Below are positions 57,897-64,000 of a stretch of 64,000 bases of DNA, one piece after another; positions within the stretch are counted from its first letter, which is position 1; each line of letters starts with the position of its first letter. The notes below the pieces were generated by a model. The model was not told where the DNA came from. It saw only the letters and a list, made by a program, of their open reading frames with translations, and made no database searches. The stretch comes from an uncultured Candidatus Saccharibacteria bacterium (GTDB lineage Bacteria; Patescibacteriota; UBA1384; JAGGWG01; CAZAJM01), in NCBI GenBank assembly GCA_964485625.1, contig CAZAJM010000002.1, forward strand, positions 36,167-100,166, in the 5' to 3' direction. The position numbers and the translations under genes were made by a program.

Positions 57897-59017
57897 TGGA
57901 AGAGAAAAAAGAATCAAACAAAGAAGTAAAAGAGCTAACAGAGAAACTGCCTAGCAAGTTTAAAAAGCTTATTGATAAAGGCGGTGAGCATGGCTTTATC
58001 TCTTATCAGGAAATTATTCAAACTGAACCAAACGTTGAGTCAAGACAGAAATGGCTCGATGATTTTTTCCATATTATCCACCGGGAAGGCATTGAGGTGG
58101 TAGATGGTAGAGCCAATACCAAAATATTACAAGATACCGATGATGAGGAAGAACTTCTAGAATCTATTAATACCTCTCAAATATCAGACTATATCGATGA
58201 CTCTGTTCGGATGTATTTGCGTGAGATCGGCAAGGTACCTCTTTTGGATAAAGAGGGTGAGGTAAGATTGGCTAAAAGAATTGAGAAGGGTGATGAAGTG
58301 GCTAGGAGAAAACTGGCCGAAGCTAACTTACGTTTGGTAGTTTCAATTGCCAAAAAATATATCGGCCGAGGACTTAATTTGCTTGATCTTATTCAAGAAG
58401 GCAATGAGGGCTTACTTAAGGCAGTTAACAAGTTTGACTACACCAAAGGCTATAAGTTCTCAACCTATGCCACTTGGTGGATTCGCCAGGCTATTATGAG
58501 AGCGATTGCCGATCAGTCTCGAACTATCAGGGTGCCTGTTCATATGGTAGAGAAGATTAATAAGATGAACCGAATCCAAAGACAGTTGGTTCAAGATTTG
58601 GGCCGAGAGCCTTTACCGGAGGAAATTTCAGCAGAGATGGGTGTGGAAGTTGATGAGGTAGAGAAAATTATCAAAATTTCTCAGGAAACGGTCTCTCTTG
58701 AGGCACCAGTGGGCGAGGAGGAAGATTCCAAGCTGGGTGACTTTATTGAAGATGAAGAGATGGAATCACCGCGTGATGCTGCAACTTATGACCTGCTAAA
58801 AGAAGATGTTGATAAGATACTAAACAAACTTGAGCCTAGAGAGAAGCGTATTTTAGAGATGAGATTTGGTCTAGAAGATGGTACTACCCATACTCTAGAA
58901 GAGGTAGGACAGGAGTTTGGCGTTACTAGAGAAAGAATTAGGCAGATTGAAGCTAAGGCTTTAGAGAAACTAAAAGAACAAGAACAAGATACAAAATTAA
59001 GTGAGTACTTGAGATAG
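57896..59017 (+). CDS. rpoD: RNA polymerase sigma factor RpoD (sigma-70 family)
   Basis: Region 2 ...[36 protein letters not shown].... Region 4 ...[24 protein letters not shown].... Confidence 0.9.
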   Translation: MEEKKESNKEVKELTEKLPSKFKKLIDKGGEHGFISYQEIIQTEPNVESRQKWLDDFFHIIHREGIEVVDGRANTKILQDTDDEEELLESINTSQISDYIDDSVRMYLREIGKVPLLDKEGEVRLAKRIEKGDEVARRKLAEANLRLVVSIAKKYIGRGLNLLDLIQEGNEGLLKAVNKFDYTKGYKFSTYATWWIRQAIMRAIADQSRTIRVPVHMVEKINKMNRIQRQLVQDLGREPLPEEISAEMGVEVDEVEKIIKISQETVSLEAPVGEEEDSKLGDFIEDEEMESPRDAATYDLLKEDVDKILNKLEPREKRILEMRFGLEDGTTHTLEEVGQEFGVTRERIRQIEAKALEKLKEQEQDTKLSEYLR

Positions 59018-59929
59018 ATGGTTAAGCTAGAATTTAACAACCAAAGGCTGGTAATTGATAAGCTGGGTGCTGGAATCGCCCAGTATTTTATTAAAGAGAA
59101 TGGCCGTCAGCAAAATATCGTTTATGGCTATAGTTCTAGAGAGAAGAAGGATGGTTCTATGGGAGATATCCTCTCTCCTTTTCCCGGTAGAGTTGAAGAT
59201 GCCCGATATTGTTATAATGGAAAATCGCATCGTCTTCGGAAGGTAAAAATCAAAGGGGGCCAGGCTATTCATGGTTTTGTAAAAGAAAGAAGCTGGGACT
59301 TAAAAAAGGTTGGGGATAGTCAAATCATAGCCTCCTATTTGCTTGATGGCACCAAAGATCAGATTGGTTATCCGTTCAAGCTAGATTATCAAATAGACTA
59401 TACTCTCTCTAATAAGGGTCTTACTGTGGATTCTAGAGTTAAGAATGTTGGCAGTAACAAAGCACCTTTCGGCCTGGGTTTTCACCCCTATTTTGATCTC
59501 GGCTGCCAAGTTGATGAAATGGAGATTAGCTTCCAAGCTAAGAAGATGGTTGAATTTGATCGAGATCTAAAGCCAACTGGGAAATTAATTGATATTGAGG
59601 AGACCGATTATGATTTTATAGAACCAAAAAAGATAAACGATCTTGTGATCGATAATTGTTTCACAGAACTAGTTAGAAATAGTAATGGTATTCATGAAAT
59701 GGTTCTGGATAACAAGCAAAATAAAAGAAAGATAACTATCTGGCAAGATAGAGCCTATGATTACTTACAGCTCTATTCGGCAGATACTAAAAAAGAACCT
59801 CTGAAAAGAAGGGCTTTAGCTGTTGAGCCCCAGACCTGTTCTGGTTTTGCTTTTAATCTACCGGAACTGGGTTTGATAGATTTAAGGCCAAATGAAACAT
59901 TCAAGGCCTCTTGGGGTGTGACTATCTGA
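59018..59929 (+). CDS. Aldose 1-epimerase (galactose mutarotase-like) family protein
   Basis: ...GFHPYF... motif and about 300-aa beta-sandwich length pattern. Confidence 0.55.
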   Translation: MVKLEFNNQRLVIDKLGAGIAQYFIKENGRQQNIVYGYSSREKKDGSMGDILSPFPGRVEDARYCYNGKSHRLRKVKIKGGQAIHGFVKERSWDLKKVGDSQIIASYLLDGTKDQIGYPFKLDYQIDYTLSNKGLTVDSRVKNVGSNKAPFGLGFHPYFDLGCQVDEMEISFQAKKMVEFDRDLKPTGKLIDIEETDYDFIEPKKINDLVIDNCFTELVRNSNGIHEMVLDNKQNKRKITIWQDRAYDYLQLYSADTKKEPLKRRALAVEPQTCSGFAFNLPELGLIDLRPNETFKASWGVTI

Positions 59930-59930
59930 T

Positions 59931-60137
59931 TTACTCTTCTTGGTTCTTTGTTGTTTGGTTTGATTTGTGAGCGAAGTAACCCAAGGCTATCCCTAATAAG
60001 GCCATAGCAGCGACAATGTAGATAAGGATGTAGGCTTGATCTTGGGCAAAGATCAAAACAATTGCAGCCATTGCTACCATCAACCCACCAATTGAGCCGG
60101 CAATTTTTACGAACTTGTTTCCGTCATCCATAATCAA
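59931..60137 (-). CDS. Small membrane protein (68 aa), hypothetical
   Basis: Two TM segments. Overlaps the yvcK start by 4 nt (translational coupling). Confidence 0.35.
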   Translation of the reverse strand: MIMDDGNKFVKIAGSIGGLMVAMAAIVLIFAQDQAYILIYIVAAMALLGIALGYFAHKSNQTTKNQEE

Positions 60138-61168
60138 TTATTATTAAATATTTCTATTATCTTTTCAGAAAGCTTTTTGTGGTCGTGATAGAGAGGTTTT
60201 TTGCTATTAATCAGATCTGCTTTAATTACTTTACAGCCATCTATTGAATCTTTTTTAGTAGTAATATTGAAAATACTGCCAATTGTTTCTTGATCTCTAT
60301 TTTCCTCAATTATCTTATCATTTACTAGACATATTTCAAACAGATCTGATTTGGCGTGATCTCTAATTGCTCTGAGATGCTTCTTAACACCAAGGCCTTC
60401 AGTCTCTCCTCTCTCAGTGGAGCAGTTAGCAACATATATTTTACAAGCATTACTATTACTATCAATTGCTTTTGGGATATCCGGTAAAATTAAATTGGGT
60501 ATAATACTGGTAAATAGGCTGCCTGGACCGATAATTATCAAATCAGCACTTTCTATTGCAGCTACTGTTTTTGGGTAGGCTCTAACTTTTTGACTGTAGC
60601 TAATTTTGTTAATCTTCTTCCCTGGGCGAGGAATCTCTGACTCTCCCTTAACCCTAGTCTTATCTTTATAGGTCGCCACTAACTCAGCTTTTTCCAAGGT
60701 AGCCGGCAGTATCTGGCCGCTGGTAAAAAAGATTTGGCTAGTTAACTCAACTGCTTTTTCAAACGAACCAAACTGTTGTGATAGTGCTGTCAACCAGATG
60801 TTACCCAGCGTATGGCCACTTAAGGAGTTAGATTTTTTATCAAAACGATGATTAAAGATTTTTGAGATTAACTCTTCATCATAAGCCAGGGCGGCGATAC
60901 ACTTTCTAATATCACCTGGTGGGGGAATATCAAAATCATTTCTAAGCCTGCCCGTAGAGCCGCCACTATCGGCCATGGCGACAATGGCCGAGATGTCATC
61001 ACAATAATCTTTCAAACCTCTAAGTAATGTAGAGAGGCCGGTGCCTCCACCAATAGCAACAATTTTTAAGGCTTTGCCTGTGTGCCGGCGCTTGTCGTCT
61101 CTTTCATAGATAAGCTCTCGCCAGTATTTTTTAAACAGCTTATTTAAAGATCTTGGGGAATTATTCAT
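60134..61168 (-). CDS. yvcK: YvcK/CofD-family gluconeogenesis factor (UPF0052)
   Basis: ...KIVAIGGGTGLSTLLRGLK... N-terminal signature. 344 aa. Confidence 0.75.
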   Translation of the reverse strand: MNNSPRSLNKLFKKYWRELIYERDDKRRHTGKALKIVAIGGGTGLSTLLRGLKDYCDDISAIVAMADSGGSTGRLRNDFDIPPPGDIRKCIAALAYDEELISKIFNHRFDKKSNSLSGHTLGNIWLTALSQQFGSFEKAVELTSQIFFTSGQILPATLEKAELVATYKDKTRVKGESEIPRPGKKINKISYSQKVRAYPKTVAAIESADLIIIGPGSLFTSIIPNLILPDIPKAIDSNSNACKIYVANCSTERGETEGLGVKKHLRAIRDHAKSDLFEICLVNDKIIEENRDQETIGSIFNITTKKDSIDGCKVIKADLINSKKPLYHDHKKLSEKIIEIFNNN

Positions 61169-61544
61169 CGTCTTTCAATAGCTTAAGTGCTGCTGAGTTA
61201 ATACAGAACCTTTTGCCCGTGGACTGATTTTTCTCATCAAAGACATGTCCTAGATGAGCATGACACTTGCCACAGAGAACCTCTGTTCTTTCCATGCCGT
61301 GAGACTTGTCTTTTTTGGTCTCTATAGCACCATCAATAGCTTTGTTAAAACTAGGCCAACCGGTACCCGAATCGAATTTAGCATTAGAAGAGAACAGCTT
61401 ATGACCACAACAGATACAGAGATAGTCCCCTTTTTTGTTGGTCTTTAGATATTTGCCACTAAAAGGTGGCTCTGTGGCGCCCTCTTGGGTAACCTTGTAT
61501 GATATGTCGTCTAGTTCTTCCTTATGTTTGACCATAATCAACAA
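61161..61544 (-). CDS. msrB: Peptide-methionine (R)-S-oxide reductase
   Basis: Zn Cys pairs CICCGHKLF and CGKCHAHLGHVF. Catalytic RFCINSAAL. Confidence 0.85.
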   Translation of the reverse strand: MLIMVKHKEELDDISYKVTQEGATEPPFSGKYLKTNKKGDYLCICCGHKLFSSNAKFDSGTGWPSFNKAIDGAIETKKDKSHGMERTEVLCGKCHAHLGHVFDEKNQSTGKRFCINSAALKLLKDDE

Positions 61545-61550
61545 TTTTAA

Positions 61551-62957
61551 CTATTCGTATTTTAATGCTTCTACCGGGTCAAGCCGAGCTGCTTTTTTGG
61601 CTGGGATTATGCCTGCAATCAAACCTATTGTCATTGTAAATAGAATGACCGCAATGGGGAGCCAGAAGGGTGTGGAGAAGATATCTTTTGCTCCTCCAGC
61701 TAAGACCGGATCGTTGGCTACATCTATTGTGGTTAGAACGTAGGTATTTAACACATAGCTAATAATTATTTGAGCGATCCAGGCTAGGGCGACACCGACC
61801 GCTCCACCAATCAGCCCCATTAATCCTGCCTCCCAAGTAAAAATCCGGCTAATGTTCTTTCTGGAGGCTCCGGTTGCTCTCATTACCCCGATCTCTCGAG
61901 TTCTTTCGTAGGTAGACATGATCATGGTGTTGATGATCCCAATTGATGCTACAATTAAGGCAATTAGGCTGAAGACTCCAAGCACAGAAGCAACGACTGT
62001 AAAGACTGTAAAAATCTCCTTAAACATGCTCTTGAAAGATTCTGTGCCCAGATCTAATTTATTAATTTCTTCTCTAACCCAATCGACATTATCAATATTA
62101 TCGGTTGTTACTAGAATTGAGTGATAGCCATATTTTTCTGTCCAGTCTTTCTCATTTCTTTGAAAAGCAAATATATCACTTGCCCAAGCTAAGGTGATAT
62201 TGATATCACTAGACTCAAAGGTACTGGCAGTTACTCCAACAATTTCTGCTTCAAAAACCTGGCTTTGATTGGCTAGAAGATCTCTTTCTACCTCCTGCCA
62301 AAGCTCATCGTGAGTTTCTTTTGGTATTCTCTCCCAGTAATTATCTCCATATCGGTTTAATAGTTCTTGCTCTACAACTTCACCCTCGATCCAGTCTTTC
62401 TGGATATTTATATTAATATTTTTGCCAAGCAAATTATTGGCTTCTGCTTCACTATAGCCAAAAGCACTTAAATATGTTCTTCCAATAACTATTGCTCTCT
62501 CCTCGCCCTGGTATAGGTTTCTGCCTACTAACATCTCTTTTTCAGTTCCCAAGCTAGATTTTATAGCGGTAATATTAGCGGCATAAGATTTGTTTTGGTC
62601 TGCCAACTGGATTGATTTTGGATCGATATTTATGCTAGGAGCTACGTCGATAACATGATCAATTGTTTCTATCTGGTCTACTTTCTCAGCCGGAATCTCA
62701 TAAGATCTCACTTGTCCTTCCTCGACTTCTGCTGGCCCATCTTCTCCCCCCTCAATAGCTGGCCTGACAATTATTTGAGTTATCTTACCTGTCTTTTCAA
62801 GCTCTCCTAAGACGATATCTTCCATCCCAAACCCCAAAGAAGAAATTATCATGATTAAGAATGCCCCAATACTTATTGCCAGGACTGTTAAAACAGTTCT
62901 GGATTTTCTTCTAAATAGGTTTTTGATTCCCAGACTAATTACATCAAAAAATGACAT
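61551..62957 (-). CDS. ABC transporter permease, FtsX/MacB-like
   Basis: N-terminal TM, large extracytoplasmic domain, C-terminal 3-TM FtsX domain. Immediately downstream of the ATPase gene. Confidence 0.8.
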   Translation of the reverse strand: MSFFDVISLGIKNLFRRKSRTVLTVLAISIGAFLIMIISSLGFGMEDIVLGELEKTGKITQIIVRPAIEGGEDGPAEVEEGQVRSYEIPAEKVDQIETIDHVIDVAPSINIDPKSIQLADQNKSYAANITAIKSSLGTEKEMLVGRNLYQGEERAIVIGRTYLSAFGYSEAEANNLLGKNININIQKDWIEGEVVEQELLNRYGDNYWERIPKETHDELWQEVERDLLANQSQVFEAEIVGVTASTFESSDINITLAWASDIFAFQRNEKDWTEKYGYHSILVTTDNIDNVDWVREEINKLDLGTESFKSMFKEIFTVFTVVASVLGVFSLIALIVASIGIINTMIMSTYERTREIGVMRATGASRKNISRIFTWEAGLMGLIGGAVGVALAWIAQIIISYVLNTYVLTTIDVANDPVLAGGAKDIFSTPFWLPIAVILFTMTIGLIAGIIPAKKAARLDPVEALKYE

Positions 62958-62963
62958 AGATAA

Positions 62964-63626
62964 TTAGTTTAACTTTCCATCTTTTATTTCAATAACCCTT
63001 TGGCCCGTTTTGGCAATTTTTGGGTCGTGAGTTATTACAACCAAAGTAGCTCCGTAGGATTTGTTGATCTCTTGTAGCAACTCCATAATGTTATTGCCTG
63101 TCTTGCTATCTAGATTGCCCGTTGGTTCATCGGCCAGGATGATCTTTGGATTATTTATAATTGCCCTAGCAATAGAGACTCTCTGTCTTTGCCCGGAGGA
63201 TAGTTGGGTAGGTCGGAAACCCATCCTGTTCTTGAGGCCAACTTTAGTTAGAGCTTCTTCTGCTCTTTCTGTACGTTCTTTTGAGCTAACCCCAGCCCAG
63301 AGCAGAGGCAGGAGGGTATTTTCTAAAGCGGTATAGAAGGGCATTAGATTAAATGTTTGAAAAACAAAACCTATAGTTTTATTGGTAAACTCAGATTTTT
63401 CTTTGTCATCGAAGCTATTGATGTCATTATCATCAACTATTATCTGGCCTTCTGTTGGGCTATCTAAACCGCCAATAACATTCAATAGTGTGGTTTTGCC
63501 CGATCCTGATGGCCCGACCACACAGACAAATTCACCCTTATTAATTTCAAGATCAATATTTTTTAAAGCAAATATCTTCTCTGAGCCCATCTGATAAATA
63601 CGAGAGACATTATTTAGTTCAATCAT
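62964..63626 (-). CDS. ABC transporter ATP-binding protein (MacB/LolD type)
   Basis: Walker [10 protein letters not shown], signature LSGGQRQRV, Walker [12 protein letters not shown]. Confidence 0.85.
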   Translation of the reverse strand: MIELNNVSRIYQMGSEKIFALKNIDLEINKGEFVCVVGPSGSGKTTLLNVIGGLDSPTEGQIIVDDNDINSFDDKEKSEFTNKTIGFVFQTFNLMPFYTALENTLLPLLWAGVSSKERTERAEEALTKVGLKNRMGFRPTQLSSGQRQRVSIARAIINNPKIILADEPTGNLDSKTGNNIMELLQEINKSYGATLVVITHDPKIAKTGQRVIEIKDGKLN

Positions 63627-63744
63627 ATTATTATATTTTCTTTACTTAATTATACCAGAAACTATCAATCATATATATTATTTACAATTACCTCTTTATA
63701 TGATAAAGTTCTATTGCTTGTCTAAGAATAAAATAATATAGAAT

Positions 63745-64000
63745 ATGAGCACAAAAGAATTAATTAGCAAATTTTCCGGCTACTTCGTTAGGTACTTTCG
63801 AGTAACTATTATTCTCTTTCTATCTTTTCTGGTTTTAGGCTACTATTCATATACCACTTTTTTGGATAGAGAAGGATTCCCTCCTACAGAGGTTCCTGTC
63901 GGTGTCATTCAAGCTACCTACTTTGTTGATGACGCTAATAAGGTTAACAATCAGGTTACCAAACCAGTAGAAGAGGCAATATCTGAGATCGAAGAGGTGA
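63745..64000 (+). CDS. RND-family (AcrB/MMPL-like) transporter, N-terminal fragment. Runs off the window end.
   Basis: Translation MSTKELISKFSGYFVRYFRVTIILFLSFLVLGYYSYTTFLDREGFPPTEVPVGVIQATYFVDDANKVNNQVTKPVEEAISEIEEV matches the RND TM1 / start-of-periplasmic-loop pattern. No stop within the window. Confidence 0.45.
   Translation, partial: MSTKELISKFSGYFVRYFRVTIILFLSFLVLGYYSYTTFLDREGFPPTEVPVGVIQATYFVDDANKVNNQVTKPVEEAISEIEEV

Overview
This is about 64 kb of a low-GC (roughly 38-40% by eye), densely coded bacterial chromosome using the standard genetic code (no in-frame TGA problems in long ORFs). Gene content and several shortened enzymes (ValRS of 695 aa, a MurE-like protein with no N-terminal domain) are reminiscent of small-genome CPR/Patescibacteria-type organisms. 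That lineage call is inference only. The window spans the replication-origin neighbourhood: rnpA-yidD-yidC-jag on the minus strand facing dnaA-dnaN-recF-DUF721 on the plus strand, with DnaA boxes upstream of dnaA and in the dnaA-dnaN spacer. It carries many housekeeping genes: hppA, pgm-like, trpS, valS, tsaD, murE-like/femAB, polA, holA, rpsT, lepB, rpsO, pnp, udg, rnj, tRNA-Ser(GGA), dnaG-rpoD, yvcK, msrB and a MacB-type ABC pair. The stand-out region is a roughly 15 kb block of translationally coupled minus-strand genes (18939-34296). It looks like a Gram-positive/MPF-FATA-type type IV secretion-like apparatus: a PrgI/VirB3-like protein, a VirB4 ATPase apparently split into two genes, a VirB6-like polytopic protein, a glucosaminidase plus papain-like cell-wall hydrolase, and a second papain-like protein. 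With these sit a TolB-like propeller protein, a TPR protein and a 1508-aa surface-anchored giant protein. There is no relaxase, coupling protein or integrase, and the block is embedded in the same strand run as valS/tsaD. Other notable items follow. A REP-associated tyrosine transposase (RAYT / IS200-like) is flanked by 27-nt inverted palindromic repeats, and copies of the same palindrome lie in-frame inside valS, inside the transposase gene, and (as a variant) upstream of trpS. The hppA 3' end is duplicated with only synonymous differences, around a 97-nt insert carrying two perfect hairpins. A higher-GC, probably acquired segment (16360-18001) lies next to a TrmB-family regulator. An NrnA-like DHH protein has all its catalytic motifs substituted. 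No CRISPR array, rRNA or reverse transcriptase was seen.
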